DNA from: Parcubacteria group bacterium
Lineage (GTDB): Bacteria; Patescibacteriota; JACQLU01
DNA length: 44,831 nucleotides
Direction of reading: 5' to 3'
Assembly: GCA_016203935.1 (NCBI GenBank)
Contig: JACQLU010000005.1
Span: forward strand, 1-44,831
The position numbers and the translations under genes are program-made. Of the stretch, positions 7,232 through 14,932 are shown piece after piece (positions within the stretch are counted from its first letter, which is position 1; the number at the start of each line of letters is the position of its first letter). The notes beneath the pieces are model-generated. The model worked only from the letters and a program-made list of their open reading frames with translations, was not told where the DNA came from and ran no database searches.

Positions 7232-8743
7232 TTACTCCGCAATCTTCTCAAGCGGAAGCGGGACGGGGAGAATCTTTATGGGACCGCCACCATTCCCCTC
7301 ATCCAAGACTTCTTTCACGAGCGGAACCACTACATCTTTCGTGTAGAAGGCTTCGCCTTCGGGTGCTTTGGTGACCGGGAAGATGAGCGCGGGTACAAGC
7401 AGTTCGTTTCCGAGATTCGCCTCGTAGGTCCACACCCGGACGAGCGCTTCCTTGGGCGTACCCAGCTCTACCTCGACAATTTTTGCACTCGGATCCTCAT
7501 ACGGATACATCCTAAATCCGCCGCGGGAGGCAATCTCTAAGATTCGGTCAACGTCAGTCTCGGCGCCATAGAGTGAGCTCTGGTAATTTTGGGTGGTAAG
7601 ACCCCAGAGCCCCGAGACGCGCTGACTTCGGACATTGATATTGACCGAGATACCGCTTGGGAATCCTCCCTCGTCATACACCTCTTGGCCGTCGATCTTG
7701 AGCGGATAGATGACCGTAGCGAAATCGGGAATATAGAAGCTCGCCTTGTCACTTGCCCTAAGATACTCCTCGCGCCACGTGTTATTCACCACTGGCTCGC
7801 CATAGAATTCGGTAGGAATGCCGTGATCGGCGAGGAAACGATTCGCAAGATTAATCAGTACCTCGTCCGCCGGTATATCGCCCTCTTTCACGCGATAGCG
7901 CTCAAAACAGGCTTCGTCTTGGCACTCCGCTTCAGGATGCGGCCAGCGCTGCCAATTTTCATTGATCGAAATCGCACCTTCATTGAGATCAACAAAGATC
8001 GAGTAGCCAAAGTCCCGTTCCTCATTGATCTGGAATGATTGGACCGAAGGATTTGAGAATGAACCGAAATTGAGAAGACCGAGGCCGCTGCGATTAAGAA
8101 AACCAGTGAGCTGTGATCCAAGGGTATTACCCTTAATGCGCTTTAAGACCTTCGCCTCGGTTGAAGGAAGCGACAAGGGCTCACCTTTATACGCATAGCG
8201 GTAGATGGTGGGTATATAGATCTCACTATCGACGACGGAAGGAGAAGCAAGACTCTCACCGGTTTCGAGACCACCGCCGCCTTTACCAGCCGGCGCTGAA
8301 GCACCGCCCCCGCCGCTTTCTGGCCGCGGATTTACCGAAAGCGCAAGGGGTCCAAAGGCACGCTCACCGACCGAGCGTATATCGGCGCGTGACCGAGCCG
8401 AGAAAGTATCTTGATTTTGAGTAACGAGGTACGCTGACCCCACTACCAGTAACGTGAGGACCGCAAGTCCACCCACGATCTGGGGAAGTTGCTTCATAGA
8501 TATAAGATTAAAGGATAGGAAAGGGATGGAGCGCGCACGGGAGGATGCCGCTTGCGATACCTGCCCCTCCATGAGTTTCTGCCTAAGACGCGCCATAAAC
8601 GCGGGATCAACCTTCGCATCCGGCCGCGATGCGAGAAGATATTGAGTCACGCGCGTAAGCGCCGCTTCGTGCTCACGCAGGGTAGGATCGACCGCATAGA
8701 GGTCCTCCAACATAGATTGTAATCGTGGGTGATCCATACTCAT
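7232..8743 (-). CDS. putative anti-sigma factor (single-pass membrane protein with large extracytoplasmic domain)
   Basis: The start overlaps the sigma-factor stop (ATGA, 8740-8743). About 85 aa of cytoplasmic N-terminus, one TM (LPQIVGGLAVLTLLVVGSAYLV), a Gly-rich linker and about 330 aa outside. The call rests on position and topology, not on a recognised domain. Confidence 0.55.
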   Translation of the reverse strand: MSMDHPRLQSMLEDLYAVDPTLREHEAALTRVTQYLLASRPDAKVDPAFMARLRQKLMEGQVSQAASSRARSIPFLSFNLISMKQLPQIVGGLAVLTLLVVGSAYLVTQNQDTFSARSRADIRSVGERAFGPLALSVNPRPESGGGGASAPAGKGGGGLETGESLASPSVVDSEIYIPTIYRYAYKGEPLSLPSTEAKVLKRIKGNTLGSQLTGFLNRSGLGLLNFGSFSNPSVQSFQINEERDFGYSIFVDLNEGAISINENWQRWPHPEAECQDEACFERYRVKEGDIPADEVLINLANRFLADHGIPTEFYGEPVVNNTWREEYLRASDKASFYIPDFATVIYPLKIDGQEVYDEGGFPSGISVNINVRSQRVSGLWGLTTQNYQSSLYGAETDVDRILEIASRGGFRMYPYEDPSAKIVEVELGTPKEALVRVWTYEANLGNELLVPALIFPVTKAPEGEAFYTKDVVVPLVKEVLDEGNGGGPIKILPVPLPLEKIAE

Positions 8744-9309
8744 AAAATACTACGAAACAGTATCAGCAAAAGTAACAAACTGGGAAGGGTGCTACGAAGT
8801 TTGACCATTGTTCGCACGAACATCATTTTGAGACTCGCCTCGCTCCTCCCCGTAATCGATGCAATCTCCTTATAGGAGAGTTCATCCCAGAGGCGCATGG
8901 CGACAATGTCCCGCTGCTCTTCGGAGAGGGTGGCAAGAAGCTTTTTTACTTCATCCACCTCCCTTTCGGTATCAAGTCGTTCGGAGAACAACTCCTCACG
9001 ATCCGAAAGCTCCGTAGCTTCAGTCAACTCCAGGGTGCGTTTGGTGGTGCGAAAATGGTCGTAGAGGGTGTTGCGCGCAATGCGATAGAGCCAAGTCGAA
9101 AATGCCCCGCGGTCTTCGCGGAACGAGTCAAAATGTTCAAGCGCTTTCTGAAACGTAAGGCTCGTAAGATCCTCGGCTGTCTCATTATGGCGGGTACGAT
9201 AAAAGAGGAAGCCGTAAATTTTTTGGACATACTGGTCGTAGAGCATGCCAAATGCTTCTCGGTTTCCGTGGCGGAATTGCTCGATGACTGCTTGTTCGTT
9301 ATACGCCAT
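8740..9309 (-). CDS. ECF-type RNA polymerase sigma-70 family factor
   Basis: Region 2 (FGMLYDQYVQKIYGFLFYRT...TWLYRIARNTLYDHFR) and region 4 HTH (LSEEQRDIVAMRLWDELSYKEIASITGRSEASLKMMFVRTMVKLR). The preferred ATG (MAYNEQ) is at 9309. The track ORF begins at a GTG at 9321. Confidence 0.85.
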   Translation of the reverse strand: MAYNEQAVIEQFRHGNREAFGMLYDQYVQKIYGFLFYRTRHNETAEDLTSLTFQKALEHFDSFREDRGAFSTWLYRIARNTLYDHFRTTKRTLELTEATELSDREELFSERLDTEREVDEVKKLLATLSEEQRDIVAMRLWDELSYKEIASITGRSEASLKMMFVRTMVKLRSTLPSLLLLLILFRSIL

Positions 9310-9342
9310 ACTCTTCCTCACCTCATAAACACCTACTCTATC

Positions 9343-10257
9343 CTACACTCCTTTGACCGTGTAGGGGATACGCTTAGCCTGCTTTGGCGGAAAGAGATCA
9401 AGGATGCGCTGAAAAGCTTCGATTGGTGCCTTCTCTTTCGCTAAGAGCACCTCAAGTTCAATCCGTTCGGCAAGCCACGGTGCCACAATCATGGAATAGC
9501 CTCCTACTGATACATGCATTTCGAGATTCTTACGCTGACGGTACCAAAGGAGCACGACGATTAAAAGCGCCATCAAAAGCACTACCGAAACCGCCCCCAC
9601 ATTAATGAGCAAAAGAAAATTGAAACCGCCGTGGGTAAGTATTGGGGCGCGCCACGCAAGCCAGCGAAAGTGACTCGTATACATCCGATGAAATTTGGCA
9701 AGCGCCAAGTAGTACCCCATCACCATGCCGTAGAGCGCATGCGCGAGGGTGGCGATGATTCCCCGGAGCACAATCGTGATGAGAAGCCCGCGGGCGGTCT
9801 CGCCCGCGCCATAGAAATTCACGAAATAAAACGCGTTCTCGACACACGCAAATCCAAGACCGAGCCAGAGTCCCACCTTCATGCCGTCGACGATCTGATT
9901 GACACTCTCCACGGAAAAATACTTCCGGAGAATGAAAAATTTGATCGACTCCTCAATCACGGCGGCAAAGAGAAACGCGAATGCGGCGGGCAGAACGAGA
10001 TCGCGTAACTCGACGGCGCTCAACGTTGGCCTAAGAAAGGTGAAATCGAGTTTAAGGAGAAAAAGGAGCGCGCGCTCAATGAAGAATGCCATGAGTGCTG
10101 CGCCAATTCCATAGAGAAACGAAGCAATAAGATAGTTATGATGGATCGTTCTTCGCGGCGTATATAGACGCAAGAAGCTTGCCCACGAGAGCACGAAAAG
10201 AAAGCTCACGACAAAGAAGAGAAGATAGAGGGAGAAAGAAGAAGAAGAAAGTACCAT
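9343..10257 (-). CDS. PrsW-family intramembrane protease
   Basis: Polytopic 304-aa protein with the PrsW-type motifs AVIEESIKFF (EExxK) and ATLAHALYG (His motif). It lies directly upstream of, and co-oriented with, the ECF sigma gene (33-nt gap). Confidence 0.75.
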   Translation of the reverse strand: MVLSSSSFSLYLLFFVVSFLFVLSWASFLRLYTPRRTIHHNYLIASFLYGIGAALMAFFIERALLFLLKLDFTFLRPTLSAVELRDLVLPAAFAFLFAAVIEESIKFFILRKYFSVESVNQIVDGMKVGLWLGLGFACVENAFYFVNFYGAGETARGLLITIVLRGIIATLAHALYGMVMGYYLALAKFHRMYTSHFRWLAWRAPILTHGGFNFLLLINVGAVSVVLLMALLIVVLLWYRQRKNLEMHVSVGGYSMIVAPWLAERIELEVLLAKEKAPIEAFQRILDLFPPKQAKRIPYTVKGV

Positions 10258-10414
10258 AAAGAAAGCACTTCACAATAGGGATCTCTCTTATCACTGTAGC
10301 GTTCTCGGCGTGTTGAGGGCAAACCAGTCCAAGGGCTGTGGAAAAGTAGGCGCGTGACGCACACCATAATCTCTTCTATAATAGAAAGTACATTTTGTCA
10401 TTTTTTCTTTTTGT

Positions 10415-11896
10415 ATGCGCCCACGCAACATCCGCATCACCTTTCTTACCACTGTCTTTGTAACCCTGCTCCTGGCACTCGCGACGATCGCTCTGCTTAG
10501 TAGCACGGGTGTCATCTCGTATCGAGGTCTTCTTACTTCAGTCGTTCCGGGAGATCTTCCCTATCCGTATGCACCCCAAGGGATACCGATTCCGGGAATT
10601 GTCCAAGCCGAGGATTATCAAACCGGTGGTGAAAGCGTTGCCTATCATGATACGAAAAAAGGCAATACCGGCGGACAGTATCGCAATGACGACGTGGATA
10701 TTGAAAAGACGACCGACACAGGCGGCGGATACAATGTCGGCTGGATCGAGACCGGCGAGTGGCTTACGTACAAGGTAAATGTGCAAGAAACAGCTCCCTA
10801 TTCGCTCATGCTTCGTGTGGCGCGAGCGCCGAGCGGGGGAAGCGCGCTCCGCGTTGAGATCGATGGGCAAGCGCTTACCGGGACGATTTCGGTTCCCAGT
10901 ACTGGCGGCTGGCAAACCTGGACCAACGTGGCGCTCACGCGCGTAAACCTCAATAAAGGTCTCCGTACGCTTAAGCTCGTAGCGGAGACTGGCGGCTTCA
11001 ACATCAACTGGCTTCGTTTTGCTCCACTTACCACACCCACTCCTCAAGCGCCAGGGAACCCTAATCTTACCATCACGAAATTTTCGGTTCCTAGTGGCGC
11101 CCTCGGCAATTCAGTGATTGCCGAAGTGACCTTTAAAAATACCGGCAGCGCTGTCATTACTGACGACTTTCTGATAGGAGTACGCATCAATAGCAATGTC
11201 ATACAATGTAACCGGGGGGCGAGCTGGTTCGCTAATGTGACGAAGGATCTTGATCCGGGAAAATCAGCTTCTGCTACGCTCAACGTCACACTCCCCAACC
11301 AAGCGAAAGAGTACGGCGCGGCCGCGATGGCCGATTGGAAATGTCTCGTGAATGAAAGCGACGAAACCGATAACATCGCTACGACTTCGTACACCGTGAC
11401 TTCTCCAGAACTTCCTCCACCGCTGGTGGCGGGTGGCGCAACAGTTCCCGGCATTATTCAAGCAGAAGATTATAATCCCGGTGGTGAAACGGTTGGCTAT
11501 CACGATACGACCAAAGGCAACACGGGTGGACAATACCGAGCTGACGACGTTGATATCGAGCGGACTACTGATGAAGGTGGCGGGTATAACGTGGGCTGGA
11601 TCGCCGAAGGTGAGTGGCTTCGCTATACGGTCAACGCACCAACCGCGGGAACGTATTTTGTGGGCCTCCGTGTGGCGATGGCAGACTCTGGTCCCAGCGC
11701 GCTTCGGCTTGAGGTCGATGGCAAAAATGTCACCTCTACGATCACCGTTCCCTCCACCGGCGGCTGGCAGAAATGGACGACGCTTACCAAAAGCGGCATT
11801 GTGCTTACCCAAGGAGTTCACGAACTACGCTTCTTTGCCGAAGCTGCCGCTTTTAATCTCAACTGGATCAAGTTTGGATTCCAGTCCTCGCTGTAA
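10415..11896 (+). CDS. secreted CBM6 - CARDB - CBM6 carbohydrate-binding protein (no catalytic domain seen)
   Basis: Signal anchor. Two about 140-aa copies of a CBM6/CBM35-like module (QAEDY..GGE.V.YHDT.KGNTGGQYR.DDVDIE.TTD.GGGYNVGWI..GEWL.Y.V ... STGGWQ.WT). A central CARDB-like module (NLTITKF...NESDETDN). Confidence 0.75.
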   Translation: MRPRNIRITFLTTVFVTLLLALATIALLSSTGVISYRGLLTSVVPGDLPYPYAPQGIPIPGIVQAEDYQTGGESVAYHDTKKGNTGGQYRNDDVDIEKTTDTGGGYNVGWIETGEWLTYKVNVQETAPYSLMLRVARAPSGGSALRVEIDGQALTGTISVPSTGGWQTWTNVALTRVNLNKGLRTLKLVAETGGFNINWLRFAPLTTPTPQAPGNPNLTITKFSVPSGALGNSVIAEVTFKNTGSAVITDDFLIGVRINSNVIQCNRGASWFANVTKDLDPGKSASATLNVTLPNQAKEYGAAAMADWKCLVNESDETDNIATTSYTVTSPELPPPLVAGGATVPGIIQAEDYNPGGETVGYHDTTKGNTGGQYRADDVDIERTTDEGGGYNVGWIAEGEWLRYTVNAPTAGTYFVGLRVAMADSGPSALRLEVDGKNVTSTITVPSTGGWQKWTTLTKSGIVLTQGVHELRFFAEAAAFNLNWIKFGFQSSL

Positions 11897-11920
11897 TCGA
11901 GATGTAGGATGTAGTTTGAA

Positions 11921-11953
11921 AAAGAGTCGGCCGCCTACGGCGCCCGACTCTTT
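11921..11953 (+). terminator. rho-independent terminator (bidirectional position)
   Basis: AAAGAGTCGG-CCGCC-TAC-GGCG-C-CCGACTCTTT followed by GCTTT. It lies between the convergent genes ending at 11896 (+) and 12018 (-). Confidence 0.7.
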
Positions 11954-12017
11954 GCTTTACCCTGTTAGAAGCAGAATGCCCCGTGTGAACTTCTAACGGG
12001 GTTTACTACTGGGTATT

Positions 12018-12560
12018 CTACGGCAATGCCGCAAGGCGTTTATAGACTTCATAGGTTCGGCGCGCATCGGCAAGGGCATCATGCTCATTAGTCACAGGAA
12101 TCTTAAAATACTCGGCAAGTTCGTGGAGGCGATAGCGTTTAAGGCCCGCGCTTTCGGGAATTTTTGCAAAGGCGATCGAGAGGGTGTCGAGACGGTGATA
12201 ATCAGCGAGCGGCGTACACGAAAAGCGATTTAGGGCGGCGCTCAAGAACGCCCAATCGAAGGAGATATTGTGTCCCATAAGCACACACCCACTGGTAAAC
12301 TCATTAAATTGAGTAATAGCGTCCCTAAGCGGCATCGCATCGCGCCACCTGGCGGTGTCGTACTGCGCAACCGTGAGAGACTCTTTATCGGCATTCTCGA
12401 TATGCTCGGGGATTACTTTCGTTCCCCATTCTCTGATGAGAGTAAGATCAGGCTGACTCGCTTTTACCACACCAATCGCGATGATCTCATGCCGGCACGC
12501 ATCGAGTCCGGTAGCTTCGATGTCAATAAATGCGAGTGAACTTTGGCGTAGGTTATGCAT
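12018..12560 (-). CDS. DEDDh 3'-5' exonuclease (DnaQ/epsilon-like)
   Basis: Exo I FIDIEATGLD, Exo II GHNISFDWAFL, Exo III HDALADARRTYEVY. Confidence 0.8.
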   Translation of the reverse strand: MHNLRQSSLAFIDIEATGLDACRHEIIAIGVVKASQPDLTLIREWGTKVIPEHIENADKESLTVAQYDTARWRDAMPLRDAITQFNEFTSGCVLMGHNISFDWAFLSAALNRFSCTPLADYHRLDTLSIAFAKIPESAGLKRYRLHELAEYFKIPVTNEHDALADARRTYEVYKRLAALP

Positions 12561-12569
12561 ACCAAGAGT

Positions 12570-13226
12570 CTAATCCCATGCGGTTACGCCGCCACTATCA
12601 ACCGCCTGCCACAGGTACCACGAAGCGACGGTGCGATACGGTCGCCAGGCCTGGGCGATAGCGAGCATGGTTCGCTTCGAAGGAAGACGCTTAAATTTAT
12701 AGAGGCGCTTTATAGCTTTCTGAATACCGAGGTCGTCAACCGGAAAGACATCAAGGCGTTCTAAGCCAAACATGAGCGCCATCTCGGCGGTCCAGCGACC
12801 GACGCCATCAAGTTTGGTAAGTTCAGTGATAAGGAATTCATCTGAACCGTTCGCTCTTCTTAGGAGCGCACGCCGATCGATCGCTCCGCGGACAAATGCC
12901 TGCGCGAGATGCTTAAGAAACCTGACTTTCATGCGAGAAAAACCGACCTTCCGGAGCACGCGCGCTTCGGTCTTCGCCATTTCAATCGGCGACGGGATAC
13001 GCCCCTGATACAACCGACGAAGTCGTACAATCAACGTATCAGCCGCTTTCCCTGAAAGCTGTTGATTGGCAATCGCCACGACTAATAACCAAAAGAGGTT
13101 TCGCTCCTGCCGCAGACGATACTTCCCTACTTTTTTGATGACCCTATGCATCACGCGGTCGCGGCGTGCAAGCTGACGAAGCGCCGTAGCGATCGTGTGA
13201 CGTGAGGCGGTAGCATGCGTTATCAT
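12570..13226 (-). CDS. HhH-GPD DNA glycosylase (DNA-3-methyladenine glycosylase II family)
   Basis: IANQQLSGKAADT, the helix-hairpin-helix LDGVGRWTAEMALMF, and the VFPVDDLGIQKA Asp motif. Confidence 0.8.
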   Translation of the reverse strand: MITHATASRHTIATALRQLARRDRVMHRVIKKVGKYRLRQERNLFWLLVVAIANQQLSGKAADTLIVRLRRLYQGRIPSPIEMAKTEARVLRKVGFSRMKVRFLKHLAQAFVRGAIDRRALLRRANGSDEFLITELTKLDGVGRWTAEMALMFGLERLDVFPVDDLGIQKAIKRLYKFKRLPSKRTMLAIAQAWRPYRTVASWYLWQAVDSGGVTAWD

Positions 13227-13277
13227 TACATTAGTCTACGTCTTCGTATTCTAACGAAAGATCGCAAGAAAAACAAT

Positions 13278-13814
13278 ATGTCGTCCCTCGTCGCCTTTCC
13301 CGTCATGATCCTCCTTCTCCTGCTCATTCCCCTGATTAGAGGAGCTCCCTTCATTTTCACCCATCGCAAAACGGTTGCGACGATGCTGCAACTTGCCGGC
13401 GTAAAGCCGGGTGAGAGAGTCGCTGACCTTGGCGCGGGCGACGGGCGGCTTGTGATCGCCTTCGCCCAAGCGGGCGCCGAGGCGCATGGCTACGAGATTA
13501 TCCCGATCCTCGTCTGGCTTGCTCGCCGCAACATCCGTAAGGCCGGGCTTACCGGTCGCGCCTTTGTTGACTTAAGAAACTTTTTCCACGAGGATCTCTC
13601 CTCGTTTCAGATCGTCACGGTTTTCGGCATGGCGCACCTCATGCCTAAGCTTGAGACGAAATTATTAAATGAGCTTCCACCCGGCGCCCGCATTCTCTCC
13701 CACGCCTTTGCCTTTCCTACGTGGCAACCCATACGTAAAGAAGGTGGCGTCTTTCTTTATGAAAAGCAATCCAGCACCCCAACCGATGGCGGAGTGCTGG
13801 CTCACAAAGAATGA
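13278..13814 (+). CDS. class I SAM-dependent methyltransferase with N-terminal TM segment
   Basis: Motif I VADLGAGDGRLVIAFAQAG. The start is placed at MSSLVAFPVMILLLLL (13278) rather than the track start 13215, which overlaps the divergent glycosylase gene. Confidence 0.7.
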   Translation: MSSLVAFPVMILLLLLIPLIRGAPFIFTHRKTVATMLQLAGVKPGERVADLGAGDGRLVIAFAQAGAEAHGYEIIPILVWLARRNIRKAGLTGRAFVDLRNFFHEDLSSFQIVTVFGMAHLMPKLETKLLNELPPGARILSHAFAFPTWQPIRKEGGVFLYEKQSSTPTDGGVLAHKE

Positions 13815-13825
13815 TAGGACGCACA

Positions 13826-14029
13826 TTACATGCGCAGGGCTGACATTACGTCTTGGGCAGAATTATAGGTCCGCTCGGGAAGGGTCTGGGCAAACCATCG
13901 TTTCTCATCGTCGGAAAAATCGGAGAGGCTATTACAGGCGGCAACTAAATCGGCTTTCGCAGCTGGATACTCCTGATGTTCCTCAAGATGCATCTGGACT
14001 TTGGCTTTCGCCTCGTCGTTCATTTGCAT
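13826..14029 (-). CDS. DUF2795-like small protein
   Basis: 67 aa. The pattern YPAAKADLVAAC...LPERTYNSAQDVMSAL resembles DUF2795. GGGGAGGTGAT lies 3 nt before the ATG. Confidence 0.6.
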   Translation of the reverse strand: MQMNDEAKAKVQMHLEEHQEYPAAKADLVAACNSLSDFSDDEKRWFAQTLPERTYNSAQDVMSALRM

Positions 14030-14053
14030 ACGATCACCTCCCCTCGAAAAGGA

Positions 14054-14082
14054 ATTATAATGTTAAGAGGGATCTTAGGTCA
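14054..14082 (-). promoter_or_regulatory. candidate promoter for the DUF2795 gene
   Basis: Minus strand: TGACCT (14082-14077), 17 nt, TATAAT (14059-14054). The palindromic ATTATAAT also gives a plus-strand TATAAT at 14056-14061. Confidence 0.4.
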
Positions 14083-14109
14083 GTATACCTCATCTTTCTT
14101 TTAAACATA

Positions 14110-14254
14110 AGACAGCGGTGGCTAAGTAGTTTTCCAGTCTTCCTAGTCTGGAATCTCCTCCCGGGCTGGATCCTCGGGAAACTGCGCGGCCACCTCTAAG
14201 GCAAAGTGGGGACGGTCCTCCCAATACGCCGACTAATATCGGCGTGTTTCTTTT
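14110..14254 (+). ncRNA. candidate small RNA (class unassigned)
   Basis: Gene-free gap 14030-14434. A plus-strand intrinsic terminator sits at 14226-14254 with no plus-strand CDS to serve. The upstream region has a closing helix GGTGGC (14117-22) / GCCACC (14189-94) enclosing the hairpin CCAGTCTTCCTAGTCTGG. The 5' end is unknown. Confidence 0.3.
14226..14254 (+). terminator. orphan plus-strand rho-independent terminator
   Basis: ACGCCGA-CTAATA-TCGGCGT followed by GTTTCTTTT. Confidence 0.55.
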
Positions 14255-14378
14255 AGCATTCTGCCCCTTCACGCGTATCCTATGACGAAGGAGTCAACTA
14301 TTCACGATCGCGTATTCTTGCCTCCTTTTTCGGTGTTAGATTCTTTCCGATCCACCGAGGAGATTCGCTTATCAACCA

Positions 14379-14406
14379 ATAGACTTCCCTAAAGAGGGAA
14401 GTCTAT
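14379..14406 (-). terminator. 12-bp perfect hairpin after the DUF1761 gene
   Basis: ATAGACTTCCCT-AAAG-AGGGAAGTCTAT. It starts 29 nt after the stop at 14435. The U-tract is weak. Confidence 0.45.
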
Positions 14407-14434
14407 AAGGAGTTGGAATACAAACAAAGAAAAC

Positions 14435-14854
14435 CTATCTCCACACGGCGAGGATGGCGCCCATGACAACGAACGCTACCAATTGATAGCCATTATTGAT
14501 CGCAAAGAGCCTCAACCCACGATCAGTAAAGAGATAATCGCTTACGGTGGTGGTCACTGAAAACCCAAGCCAGGCCAAAAACCCAGTCCACGCGCCACTC
14601 CCAAGCGTAGCGGCATTCATCGCGCCGATTAAAAGAGCAAGAAAATAACCAAGCACCAGCGCCGCGATAAACGAGACAAAATAAGCCACCCCGTCACTTC
14701 CCTTCTTGACATCCATTGAACTTTTGCCAGTGGCAGCCATCCAAGCCTTCCCCGCCACCGCCGGCGAATACCAAATGGCGCCGAGTACCATATTGACAAT
14801 GGCGGCCACTACTACAGCAAGATAGTTTATTGCAACCTCAAGCATATTATTCAC
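14435..14854 (-). CDS. DUF1761-family membrane protein
   Basis: 139 aa with four TM segments. The N-terminus INYLAVVVAAIVNMVLGAIWYSP is typical of DUF1761. Confidence 0.7.
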   Translation of the reverse strand: MNNMLEVAINYLAVVVAAIVNMVLGAIWYSPAVAGKAWMAATGKSSMDVKKGSDGVAYFVSFIAALVLGYFLALLIGAMNAATLGSGAWTGFLAWLGFSVTTTVSDYLFTDRGLRLFAINNGYQLVAFVVMGAILAVWR

Positions 14855-14932
14855 CTCCCTTCCAATGATTCTCCTCTCGGTTGGCTTTCATTATACGCTA
14901 CCGCCCATGCGACCACCAAGCACCGCACACAA

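Noticed and set aside
12428-12470. CTGATGAG string that resembles the hammerhead ribozyme core.
   Set aside because: No matching CGAAA box or stem arrangement follows. It also lies inside, and antisense to, the exonuclease CDS.
13669-14199. 176-aa plus-strand ORF spanning the end of the methyltransferase gene, the DUF2795 gene (antisense) and part of the 14-kb gap.
   Set aside because: It overlaps two better-supported genes and has an Arg/Ser/Pro-rich composition. It has no RBS and no recognisable motif.
14110-14254. Attempt to assign the 14.1-kb structured region to SRP RNA, tmRNA, RNase P RNA or 6S RNA.
   Set aside because: By eye I found none of the expected signatures on either strand:
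- No GNRA-capped domain IV motif with AGCA/GGAA loops.
- No GAGGAAAGUCC-type P4 sequence.
- No tRNA-like acceptor end.

It is therefore kept only as an unassigned sRNA candidate.
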